Source: Amphiscolops sp. MND2022
Taxonomy: Eukaryota
DNA: 64,000 bases
Assembly: GCA_964187785.1 (NCBI GenBank)
Contig: OZ076409.1
Location: 43,154,001 to 43,218,000, forward strand
Reading direction: 5' to 3'
Below, piece by piece: positions 51,781-64,000 of the stretch (position 1 is its first letter; each line of letters opens with the position of its first letter). The notes under the pieces were generated by a model. It ran no database searches. It worked only from the letters and a program-made list of their open reading frames with translations, and was not told where the DNA came from. Made by a program: the position numbers and the translations under genes.

Positions 51781-52988
51781 ACCGATTAGTTCGAGACTGT
51801 AAGTAAACTACCCCGATTGCGGTTGTTTGTAGTTAGTTCTGGTAATTTCTTTGGAGCATTTGATCTAGGCAACCTACTTGTTGACCTGATTACTCAGTCT
51901 ACCTATTGCTTGAAACAACTTTTCAACTACTTGCTTTTCAACAACTTTTCCAGCTACGTGGGATCTTCCACTTAGACGAGGAGTTGAAATATGCCGAGGT
52001 GTACATTTTTTCCTCGACGAGCTGGAGTAATTGCACCCAACATTGAACAGACCAAATTGCTCTATTCGGACAACATTGAAAAAATGTCTACGGCCACACC
52101 AAACCAAAATCTTCCGTCCGAATTGTTTGTGGCTTGACGAGCCTCTCTTTTTTTCGGCAGTTCAATTTAGTCCAGTTAACAATGATCATCCAAAAATTCA
52201 ACGTTCGGCAATCAACATCTTTGCCCCAATACTATCTTATTTGTGTAATGCCCTCAGCCGAGTCGAAGTGTTCACCTCCGAACACTTCGAACCACCGAAC
52301 ACATCTATCCTCAAGTTTTTTCCCCTGGAGCCTACTTTTGGAACCATTGGCCTTATCAACTGGTATAGTCCCTAGTATCAGCTAGAATAATTTGGCCAGA
52401 TCCAAATCCAGAAATCCATTGAACCAGTCGCATCCAACAGTCGTGAAGCTTCAACGACTCCAAGTCACCGTGGAATTAGTAGGGCCCTCGTTCCGTTTCA
52501 TGTCCCCAAGCCAAGAAGACTTTGTAGCAATCTTCTGACAGAGCAAGAAATGGCTGATGCAGCCAACCGCTTAAGTAGTGGTTTCGATAAATCTTAATTG
52601 TACAATATGTACAATTGTGAAGGATTTTGTAATTTGTTTTACATAGACTTTCGATGTATTTATTATTCGTGTTCGTTTGTTGCCGCTATTTATTTCTTTT
52701 GGATTTTCAGTCTGATAGTCAGTCAAGTACCGAAATAGATACTATTATTAATTATAAACGGAGCCTTAAATTTACGAACCCGACAAGTACCTGTAATCAT
52801 CAGTGAATTTGGGGGTGGGGTTAGGTCAAAAGTTTTATTTTCCTCAACTAGGACTTTCATTTTCTACAATCAAAAATTTCATCGTCCAATTTTCAAGCAA
52901 GACAGTAGTTTTTGGTCAGGACACCATTTTCATTTCCGTTTGGCCCTATAGACTGAAAGTCCACGATGGTGGAATCTTTGTTCCATTA

Positions 52989-53780
52989 CAGTGCACAGGC
53001 AAGCTAGTTTGCTGTTTTCGTGGAATCCGGGACACGAAAATTGAGAAAAGTCGTGGAATCCAGGACAAAATTTCTCTTTGATGTTAACGGTGTCTTGGAT
53101 TCCACGACAGTGCTTGTCCTGGATTCCACGCCAACACTGCTGCTATAATGACACTCTTGCTGCTGCTCTCTGATTGGTCCGCTGATTTTGAGTAATCATT
53201 TTATATTGATTCAATTTTATATCAAAGGAAACTGTTTTGATCGACACGAAAAATCCAAGAAGTACGAATAGAGATACTCGTGACTGGTACCAAAATTGAA
53301 GCATGTCATTAAAAAGTGGCAGATTGGGATGATCTGGCAGTTTGTTCAAAACTGGTACTAAACTGAAAAATCTAAAAATTTTGTGTGATATTGGTGTGAT
53401 TGTCTGAATCATTTTGAATTAATATATGAAAAGTAGTGCATAATATTATGTTTGTTCAGTCTACCACTTGAATTTAATTAAAGGAGAGATGCCGCGTATC
53501 GCGTCAAGCATAAAGTCGTGGAATCCAGGAAATTTATGATTTCTGCAATCTGATTGGTTCATTTCGCAAAACTTACGTTTTTGTGGAATCCGAGACACCG
53601 CTGCATGCCGACAGTTCGTACAGCTAAGCATTTGTTACTGGAATCCACGACTAAATCCGTGGAATCCGGGACAAATGACGTAATTTGCCAATTTTGCACG
53701 GTTAAAGGTATGGTCGTGGAATCCGAGGTATTGAACGCACTATGTTGCGCTTTGAGCAAATAAGGCTTGCCTGTGCACTC
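52989..53780. mobile_element. Tc1/mariner-like MITE, copy 2 (product of the segmental duplication)
   Basis: Same TIRs and same flanks as 48890-49681. Confidence 0.85.
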
Positions 53781-53834
53781 TAATGTCTGCTGGCTAACAT
53801 TACCATCAGGGGCGTAAGAAGAGCCTATGCTTAA

Positions 53835-56780
53835 ATTGCCTGATTCGATTCATAGTTTGCGTTTTATTGGATTTCAGTTTTGCGAACAATGTATGTTTCA
53901 TTCAGTAAAAGTTTTTCAACATTACCAGGTCCGATCCACCTCTTATTCCGAAATGGAGTTTTTGATCGTTGATGGTCAGCAATATGTTGTAATATGAAAC
54001 TGTAGTCATTTTGTTGCAAAGGTGCTGCATTGGCCTTCCGGTCATATTACTCTTTATGTTTCATATAGGGTTGCATGATGTTTTTTTTGTAGAATCAATT
54101 AGTACTTTTGTTCGTCTCTAAAATTAGGTAGTAAAGTCTGTGGTTGGTAAGCCCTTCGGCTTTTGATTGAGGCCCAATTTGCGGTCTAACATAGTTTATG
54201 GAATTCGGTCGTAGAAACTTCTTGAGGGTGCACAGCGTCGCGTGATAGGTCGTGTTATTGTTTGGATCGACCAGTGTCAAGTATTTATGACACTGTTGCC
54301 GGTACTCCCTCGAGGCCGTTTTAAAGTTTGTTTTAAATCTAGCGTGAGTACGTTCCTGTTTAGCAATACTTAGTGGATGTTTTGTTGTTGCATATATGAT
54401 TTGATTCCAAGGATTTGAGCAATTTTTGAGACAAACTTTGACGTAAACGCTGTTCCTTTGTCAGTCATCGAAGTGGTTGGTAAATAACTGTTTAAGTATT
54501 ATTTCAAAAAACCTTGCCGTGTTTGTGGCCGATGCGTCCGTAACTGTGTGTGCGCAAAAATATTTTGAGAATACGTCCATTGCACTTATGATTTGTTCAT
54601 ATCCAACGCTGGGGGTAAGTTCAGTAACAAATCGAACTCAATGCCTTCATCGGGACCCCAATCTCATTCTGGTAGGTTAAGCAATTCGGGATCATGGACA
54701 AACTAGGAATTCTTCTGTCCTTAATGCAAATTTTGCAGTCTCGAACATTCTTTTTTGACAATTTTTGCTATGCAAGGATGATAGTATATTTGTCGAATCT
54801 CTATTAGCAATTTGGAAATTCCAGGGTGTTTATTTGCTTTCCCGTGGAGAGCTTCAAGTAGTTCAGTCACAAATTTTTTGTTAATAACTTTTGATTGTAC
54901 GTTACAGAGCCCGCTTCGTCGAAATTTTGTCTAGAAATAATGGCTTCCATGGTGGACAGCCGGTCTAGTTGGCAAGTATAACGTTGGTAACTTGCAGTAA
55001 TATGGTCTCTGAGTATTCTGCTTTCAGTACTTGGAGTCTGAGTTGTTGTAAGGTGATGTCGTTGTTTTGTTCAATGACTACTGCGTTAATTTTATGAAAA
55101 TTTTTGGAAGGTTGAATGTTTTTGTATTTGCTGGCGTACTGAAGTTGTCGAAAGAAATGTCCAGCAATTGATTTGATGGACGTGTAGATGAATCGGTGTT
55201 GTCGGATTGTGTTTTCTAATTCTGAAGATCAATTTCTCTTTTGGAAATTTTTCCGGAAAAGTTAAGTGATCAGCTGTCGTGTTGGTTTTTCCAAAAAATG
55301 CGCAAAAGTAAAATTGAACTGAATTACGTGATTATACGCTTTCCAGAGAGTAAGAGGAATGAGTTTTGTTTGAAAAATTGTGTGACTGATTTGTTGTCTG
55401 TTAGTATATTTGCCAACCTCGAACGCAAAAAAGTATTGCAAAGAATTTTTTGGCGTATATGGACAATATAAATTGGGTAAGACTGAAGGTCTTGGATCCA
55501 TAAGCTACTGGTGCAAAGGTTTTCCTCATAGAAGTATACTTCTCTAGTGGATTGTCTTCGAGAAGAACTACATAACCTGCGACCGAGAAGCTAGCATCTG
55601 TCATGAGGGCTATTTGTTTATTTAGCAGAGGTTGTTTGAGTGTTAAATCACATATCGGTCAAGTAGTCTTGTCGATGTTGGTGATCTATTCCAACAGGAC
55701 CGGTGATATTAGGAATTTTTCGCTGTTTTCCAGTAGTTTGAAAAACGGTGAGCCTCGAGATGTAATTTTGGTAGAAATCTCTGCATCCCAAGTAAGACTG
55801 AAGAGCTTTCTTAGATATCGGAAATTACGTCTATTCCAGGAAGTTTTGGACCCTGGTCTGTTGGCTTCACCCCAGCAGCGGCGATGGTACGCCCTAGAAA
55901 ATCAATTTCCGATGCATCAGAGTGACATTTGTGCATCGTTAGCTTTAAGCCGGCCTTCTGAATACATTGGAATGTGGCCCTGGAGGTTTGGATAGGTTTC
56001 TCAGCATCATTAGAATTGTATCAATAATTTCAACATATTGCGCGCATTGATCAGTTTTTAGGTTTTTATCCAGAGATTTGCTTAAAAAAACTAAGAACGG
56101 CCGACAGGGACTCGACTAAGGGCTTGTGCCAATCTGCGATAGATGAAAGTTCTACTGGCAGCATTTTATTAAGTTGAAGCCTAGTATTCTTATGGACCTT
56201 TGTTCTGCCATTTGTGGGCAGTGGTAGGCCTGAGAGCAGACCAATTTGAAAAAAAAGTTTCTTGCCTGCCATGTGATTGGCGTCAGTGTGTTGAGCGGTG
56301 TCAGTGAATGTATTGACGGTATGAGTATTGTTGATGTACTCATCCGAAATCCCATTGCATATTTTCTTGAGATCAGCCAAAAGTCGTAATTTGCCGTTGG
56401 GTTTCTTTTAGGCAAAGATCGGACTGGCATATTTATACAACGGGAGTGTTGTTATAATCCAATATCAATGCGAAAGGTCCTATTCTACGAAAATATCCTC
56501 TTTGAGGTTAATTGGCGTCGGCAGACTTTGTACGCTGCGGAATCGTCTTTTGGCGTCAATTTGATTTTGAATTTCTCATTCAAGCCTATGTCAAAACTAT
56601 CTCGGGCGACTCCATTTTGAAATTTGACTTTATTAAGTCTTCTATGCAAGCGATTCCATCTGGTTGTCCGACCAGCCAATTATTGTCAAGAATTGTTTCC
56701 TTGACCCCTAGTTGTCCTGTGGATTGAGTTTTTCCAAGTCTTGAACGTTTAGTAGTTCCTTCAAAATCTTTTACTGTATG
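53835..56780 (-). pseudogene. pol: Ty3/Gypsy pol remnant (RT, RNase H, integrase), copy 2
   Basis: As copy 1, plus RT fragments DIGLNEKFKIKLTPKDD and FFKLVCSQAYHC.QMA. Confidence 0.9.
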
Positions 56781-59700
56781 CTGAGGGTCCCCGGGGTTCT
56801 CTGGTGGATGGTACCAGTAATTATCCTTGAATTCCTCAGGTTAGAGATCATTCTAGTTTTTTCAATGGTCTTTTCACTGTTTTCTCAACTATTTCTATTG
56901 AGCGGTGATCTAAACTGTTCACTCATTAGCTATGTATATCTTTGTAGCATATTACGCTCTGGGTCCAAATCGATACCACGTTGATACTGTTCATCGCTCA
57001 CACCAGTTGAACAATAACGTCCTAGCATTGCATCTACATTTTCTAAATCAAACAATACGTCTGATTGTCTAAACACTTTGGTCTGGCTTTCTGCTATCTA
57101 GTAGAAAGCATCCGGGAAAGTATTGATTTGAATAGTTTTTCGCGGAAATGTTGGTATTCATCAACAGTAACTAGAAACAGCCATCAATTAAATTGTAGCA
57201 GTTACATCAACTTGTATCTTGTGAATAACACTTTTTTGTTGGACGGTCAGTCCCCGCTACAAATAGCCAGCGGAGCATGACAAGCAATATTATGATGATT
57301 GATGTACTAAAAACAGTCTCTACGGTCACAAACTACACTTATTCGAGGTGACGAGAAAATTACGTCACTATTCGATCATGGTGTAAAAATAGCATCAAAA
57401 GGATATGGGAGAAAGACGGCGATTAGGTCTACATGTCCGAAACTTACATGGCAACTCAAATGCGTTATTTACATGTTGATAATATTAATGTCAACACTAC
57501 AAGTTACTTAATGTGAGAGCAAACAGGAAGCGCGTGTAATTATACCGTTGAGTACGTTAACTCCGTCCGGCTAGAAGAAACAATAGCTCCACTCTCATTG
57601 GCTAGCTAATTGATGATTGGACAGCGAGTACAGTAATGAATAGCATTAGATCATTTGAACTCGTTTGGTTATTATTGTATGCTTGCATGGTAATAATTCA
57701 TTCATTCGTGCATTTTATATCGCACTTGTAATTGTGTTTAGAATTCGGTCGTAGAAACTTCTTGAGGGTGCACAGCGTCGCGTGATAGGTCGTGTTATTG
57801 TTTGGATCGACCAGTGGCAAGTATTTATGACACTGTTGCCGGTACTCCCTCGAGGCCGTTTTAAAGTTTGTTTTAAATCTAGCGTGAGTACGTTCCTGTT
57901 TAGCAATACTTAGTGGATGTTTTGTTGTTGCATATTTGATTTGATTCCAAGGATTTGAGCAATTTTTGAGACAAACTTTGACGTAAACGCTGTTCCTTTG
58001 TCAGTCATCGAAGTGGTTGGTGAATAACTATGTTTAAGTATTATTTCAAAAAAACCTTGCCGCCGTATTTGTGGCCGATGCGTCCGTAACTGTGTGTGCG
58101 CAAAATTATTTTGAGAATACGTCCATTGCACTTATTATTTGTTCATATCCAACGCTGGGGGTGAGTTCAGTAACAAATCGATCTCAATGCCTTCATCGGG
58201 ACCCCAATCTTAATCTGGTAGGCTAAGCAGTTCGGGATCATGGACAAACTAGGAATTCTTTTGTCCTTAATGCAAATTTTGCAGTCTCGAACATTCTTTT
58301 TGACAATTTTTGCTATGCAAGGATGATAATAATTTTGTCGAATCTCTATTGGCAATTTGGAAATTCCAGGGTGTTTATTTGCTTTCCCGTGGAGAGCTTC
58401 AAGTAGTTCAGTCACAAATTTTTTGTTAATAACACTTGATTGTACTTTACAGAGCCCGCTTCGTCGAAATTTTGTCTAGAAATAATGGCTTCCATGGTGG
58501 ACAGCCGGTCTAGTTGGCAAGTATAACATTGGTAACTTGCAGTAATATGGTCTCTGAGTATTCTGCTTTCAGTACTTGGAGTCTGAGTTGTTGTAAGGTG
58601 ATGTCGTTGTTTTGTTCAATGACTACTGCGTTAATTTTATGACAATTTTTGGAAGGTTGAATGTTTTTGTATTTGCTGGCGTACTGAAGTTGTCGAAAGA
58701 AATGTCCAGCAATTGATTTGATGGACGTGTAGATGAATCGGTGTTGTCGGATTGTGTTTTCTAATTCTGAAGATCAATTTCTCTTTTGGAAATATTTCCG
58801 GAAAAGTTAAGTGATCAGCTGTCGTGTTGGTTTTTCCAAAAAAAATGCGCAAAAGTAAAATTGAACTGAATTACGTGATTATACGCTTTCCAGAGAGTAA
58901 GAGGAATGAGTTTTGTTTGAAAAATTGTGTGACTGATTTGTTGTCTGTTAGTATATTCGCCAACCTCGAACGCAAAAAAGTATTGTAAAGAATTTTTGGC
59001 GTATATGGACAATATAAATTGGGTAAGACTGAAGGTCTTGGATCCATAAGCTACTGGTGCAAAGGTTTTCCTCGTAGAAGTATACTTCTCTAGTGGATTG
59101 TCTTCGAGAAGAACTACATAACCTGCGACCGAGAAGCTAGCATCTGTCATGAGGGCTATTTGTTTATTTAGCAGAGGTTGTTTGAGTGTTAAATCACATA
59201 TCGGTCAAGTAGTCTTGTCGATGTTGGTGATCTATTCCAACAAGCCCGGTGATATTAGGAATTTTTCGCGGAATTTTTATTAGGAATTTTTGAAAAACGG
59301 TGAGCCTCGAGATGTCATTTTGGTAGAAATCTCTGCATCCCAGGTAAGACTGAAGAGCTTTCTTAGATATCGGAAATTACGTCTCTTCCAGGAAGTTTTG
59401 GACCCTTGGTCTGTTGGCTTCACCCCAGCAGCGGCGATGGTACGCCCTAGAAGATCAATTTCTGATGCATCAGAGTGTTATTTGTGCATCGTTAGCTTTA
59501 AGCCGGCCTTCTGAATACATTAGAATGTGGCCCTGGAGGTTTGGATAAGTTTCTCAGCATCATTAGAATTGTATCAATAACTTCAACATATTGCGCGCAT
59601 TGATCGGTTTTTATAATTTTATCCAGATGTTTGCGTAAAAAAACTAAGAACGGCCGACAGGGACTCGACTAAGGGCTTGTGCCAATCTGCGATAGATGAA

Positions 59701-61286
59701 AGTGCAGCATTTTATTAAGTTGAAGCCTAGTATTCTTATGGACCTTTGTTCTGCCATTTGTGGGCAGTGGTAGGCCTGAGAGCAGTCCAATTTGAAAAAA
59801 AAGTTTCTTGCCTGCCATGTGATTGGCGTCAGTGTGTTGAGCGGTGTCAGTGAATGTATTGACGGCATGAGTATTGTTGATGTACTCATCCGAAATCCCA
59901 TTGTGTATTTTCTTGAGATCAGCCAAAAGTCGTAATTTGCCGTTGGGTTTCTTTTAGGCAAAGATCGGACTGGCATATTTATACAACGGGAGTGTTGTTA
60001 TAATCCAATATCAATGCGAAAGGGCCTATTCTACGAAAATATCCTCTTTGAGGTTAATTGGCGTCGGCAGACTTTGTACGCTGCGGAATCGTCTTTTGGT
60101 GTCAATTTGATTTTGAATTTCTCATTCAAGCCTATGTCAAAACTATCTCGGGCGAATCCATTTTGAAAATCGACTTTATTAAGTCTTCTATGCAAGCGAT
60201 TCCATCTGGTTGTCCGACCAGCCAATTATTGTCAAGAATTGTTTCCTTGACTCCTAGTTGTCCTGTGGATTGAGTTTTTCCAAGTCTTGAACGTTTAGTA
60301 GTTCCTTCAAAATCTTTTACTGTATGCTGAGGGTCCCCGGGGTTCTCTGGTGGATGGTACCAGTAATTATCCTTGAATTCCTCAGGTTAGAGATCATTCT
60401 AGTTTTTTCAATGGTCTTTTCACTGTTTTCTCAACTATTTCTATTGAGCGGTGATCTAAAATGTTCACTCATTAGTTATGTATATCTTTGTAGCATATTA
60501 CGCTCTAGGTCCAAATCGATACCACGTTGATACTGTTCATCGCTCACACCAGTTCAACAATAACGTCCTAGCATTGCATCTACATTTTCTAAATCAAACA
60601 ATACGTCTGATTGTCTAAACACTTTGGTCTGGCTTTCTGCTATCTAGTAGAAAGCATCCGGGAAAGTATTGATTTCAATAGTTTTTCGCAGAAATATTGG
60701 TATTCATCAACAGTAACTAGAAACAGCCATCAATTAAATTGTAGCAGTTACATCAACTTGTATCTTGTGAATAACACTTTTTTGTTGGACGGTCAGTCCC
60801 CGCTACAAATAGCCAGCGGAGCATGACAAGCAATATTATGATGATTGATGTACTAAAAACAGCCTCTAGGGTCACAAACTACACTTATTCGAGGTGACGA
60901 GAAAATTACGTCACTATTCGATCATGGTGTAAAAATAGCATCAAAAGGATATGGGAGAAAAACGGCGATTAGGTCTACATATCCGAAACTTACATGGCAA
61001 CTCAAATGCGTTATTTACATGTTGATAATATTAATGTCAACACTAGAAGTTACTTAATGTGAGAGCAAACAGAAAGCGCGTGTAATTATACCGTTGAGTA
61101 CGTTAACTCCGTCCGGCTAGAAGAAACAATAGCTCCACTCTCATTGGCTAGCTAATTGATGCTTGGACAGCGAGTACAGTGATGAATAGCATTAGATCAT
61201 TTGAACTCGTTTGCTTATTATTGTATGCTTGCATGGTATTAATTCATTCATTCGTGCATTTTATATCGCACTTGTAATTGTGTTTA
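54201..61286. repeat. Tandem segmental duplication, ~3.54-kb unit (54201-57740, 57741-61286)
   Basis: gaattcggtcgtagaaac at 54201 and 57741; both units end cttgtaattgtgttta; visibly more diverged than the 4.1-kb pair. Confidence 0.95.
57741..60320 (-). pseudogene. pol: Ty3/Gypsy pol remnant (RT, RNase H, partial integrase), copy 3
   Basis: FFKLDCSQAYHC, MTDASFSVAGY, LHGKANKHPG, TDKGTAFTS. Confidence 0.9.
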
Positions 61287-64000
61287 GGACTTTACTAATT
61301 ACCAGCAATCCAAGGTACAAATTAAAACAGGTACAAATAATTATCAGGCACAAAATGAAACATTTAGGCATTATAATGTTTTTTTTGGTAGTTAAAACAA
61401 ACCAGTTCTGATGTAGTCGTACCGACTGAGGGTCCTCATGGTTTAAAGAGGGCGGCCTCTATTGGAGGTTCCGTTCTGATGTAGCAGCTGGGACTGGTGG
61501 TTCACACGGATCAAATAGGCAAAACCCCTTGTGGGGTGTTTTTTAAATTCGCTTCAGCTGGGAGTTGGTAAAAATTTCCGTCACAGGCGGCAGCCAGCGA
61601 CAGATAAACAAACCATTCTCCCTCAGACACTACGACAAGGACCTGGTCGTTTTTTACTGTCTGAGTTTCCGTAATGATGTATAACGCTTTCAGTTTTCTG
61701 CCAAAAATATGTTTTTCCATTTTTCTGAAAAAATATTTCCACATATTTTTTTAGTTTTTTCATCTCTTATCTGAGGCATAATAAGTTCACATGTTTTGGG
61801 CCCTGCAATATTGACAAATAGTAGCACCTTCTGTCACAGACCGCTCCCGGTCTGGGTTGCCATTGCAGACGAGTGGGGATCGGAAGAGGCCATGGGTGCA
61901 GCCTGCGATTCCCCAGATGGTACTTCAATTCCTAATTTGAAAACTTTAAACCACAATTTTAAATAAACTGTGACTAAAAATACGAAAACGCACGTCTAAC
62001 TTGCGTAAGGTTTAAACGAAAATGAGAACAGAATCTAAAATGAGCCAAAATGATTTCATACACTTCCGGCAGGACGCTTTGATCACGTCAAAATAGAAAC
62101 ATTCGCCACCTGAAAACTTAATTAAGAATACGTCTTGAAACAAAGACCATAGACCGATCTAAATAAAATATATCCAAAATTGTCAATCGGGAAAGAACAT
62201 CAATCAGATCTAAAATAGAAAATACATCAAGATGGCACGCTGAAACATTTACGCCTTTTCTAAGAAAGGCAGCTTAATTGCACTTTGAACAGCAATTAAT
62301 GTAGAATAGGACGATACCGCGTCGCTGAGCAAACAAATATTAAAGGTACATGCAAATATTACTATAATCGTGATGTCAGCATTCCGCCGCTAACTAGTTA
62401 AGGCGGTAGAAAGTATTCCAAATCAGACGTCGGCGTGACGTCACAGCTATAACAGCTAGCTACGTTTCATTCCAAATTTACGTCAATGCAGCGTCCAATA
62501 CCAACGGACTAAGGCAAATGCTAATACGTACGTCCACGTTACGTCTAAAATCCATCAAAATAGCTGTTTTAGTCCATCCAGTACAGTGAAATGAATAACG
62601 GTATTATAGAAATGACGGAAAGGAAACGTTTAAGGACGATTCCAAGCTGAACTAAGATAAGAACAAAATCTAATAGACTACGTCTAAGCCTCGTCAATTT
62701 GAATACTAGCCGATTAAAATCACGTTACAAATAACCTAAATAGGGTTTTTCCTACTCTTTATGACTAAAGTCACCGTTTATTCAAAGAGAGAGTGCTGTT
62801 ACTGTACATTTTGTATTAACTATTACAGACTTTGGATACTATTTGAATAACTTGACGTCACTCTGACGTGTTTGTGAAGCAGTGAGATATGAACCGGAGA
62901 AAGCTATATTTTTAATAACATAACCATATTTTTGCTAATGCCATGCCCACATTTGTATTTTTCCACTATATCTATGTTCATTGTTGCCTCAATTGTACGT
63001 GAATACCATGTTTAAATACCTCATCATTTGTAGCTACAACCGTGATTAGATGTTTTGTATCGTCGATCTAATTTGACGACATCAGGACGTTAATCTGTAA
63101 TTTCGTGAGATTATGAAGATTTACTTGTGAAGATTTGTACGTCTTGAATTTTCTGATTATCACGTCATATTCCCGTAACCTTTTAGCCAATCTTGTAAAG
63201 GTCAAGTGTTGCAGTTAAATTAATTTAGTATTCTAATGAAAACGTTAATACTCCGTTGACTTGTTCTAATTAGTTAATAATCATCTAAATTGAGTTCAAT
63301 TTAGAAATCGTTGCTAATTCCATAGCTTTCGTTTCCACCACCTTTCCTAGCATCATTGGAAATTCCAAGGCTGATAACATTAGTCATAGCATTTTCTCAA
63401 GTTAAAATTCAAAATCAAGTATTAGTTGTTCACGTCAGCGTCATCTCAGCGTCAATTTCTAACGAACCAAAGCTGTAAAACGGGGAAGCATTTCCGGTTT
63501 GACAGACTGAAGTAATATCTACTTCCTGCTTGGGAGGAAATAAAAAGGACGCCGGGATGAAATGATATGATTATGCTTGATGACTAATATAGGATGAAGA
63601 TCATCGTGTCTCAAAGATTGACGAAAAGTCGACGCAAAATTGGGAAAGAATGATTTTTTCATCGAAAATACAGGAAATGACTAATTGTTCGAAGGAAGTT
63701 AGGATTTTAACTCGTGATCAAATGATGCTAGGAGGGTATATATACGATGATTTTAGTTGGCTGAGGGACTAAGTCTTTTGCAATTGTATTATTCAGTTGA
63801 ATTCTCAATTTCGCTAAACTCTCATTCTTGCCTAATTCTGTTAGAAAATATCTCCGAAAGAAATTCAATTCTTCAAGATAAGCCTTTTCTACAACAAAAT
63901 GTCCACAACAAGAAGCCAGAAAAGAAAGAATGATCAACAAGAAGGTGATAGAAACGTAAGTGAAGGTTTTGTTTCGCCGATAATAATGGAAAACCCCTCT

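Larger units (their letters stand above)
47681..55877. repeat. Tandem segmental duplication, ~4.1-kb unit (47681-51780, 51781-55877)
   Basis: accgattagttcgagactgt at 47681 and 51781; both units end caccccagca; near-identical ORF tracks at offset 4097-4100; CA microhomology at the junction. Confidence 0.97.

Noticed and set aside
52989..53780. Independent recent MITE transposition
   Set aside because: Its flanks are identical to those of 48890-49681, so it was copied by the segmental duplication.
61950..63500. ACGTC/TGACGTCA-rich stretch as a regulatory cluster
   Set aside because: No termini, periodicity or linked gene could be established; probably an old repeat.

Overview
Eukaryotic, AT-rich, repeat-dense genomic DNA. 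It looks like invertebrate intronic or intergenic sequence; the taxon cannot be established from the sequence alone. There are no operons, rRNA genes or CRISPR arrays. Main content: (1) a full-length but frameshifted BEL/Pao LTR retrotransposon (5732-14217, minus strand, 142-bp LTRs, CAGTT target-site duplication) whose 5' leader holds a ~19-copy 74-bp tandem array and two back-to-back perfect palindromes; (2) a second, truncated BEL/Pao with a solo LTR inserted in its integrase and an older double fold-back at its truncation point; (3) Ty3/Gypsy pol remnants amplified by two overlapping tandem duplications (~4.1 kb and ~3.5 kb); (4) long solo LTRs carrying an ORF remnant, a 5'-truncated LINE, Tc1/mariner-like and CMC/EnSpm-like non-autonomous elements, Helentron/HINE-like elements and a tRNA-derived SINE-like element; (5) one credible host exon, the terminal TM6-TM7 exon of a probable GPCR (35617-36148, +). 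The most unusual signal is the A-A'-C'-C double fold-back with complementary 1-nt loops (12858-13674), which recurs in decayed form at 34101-34534. All alignments were done by eye and need computational confirmation.
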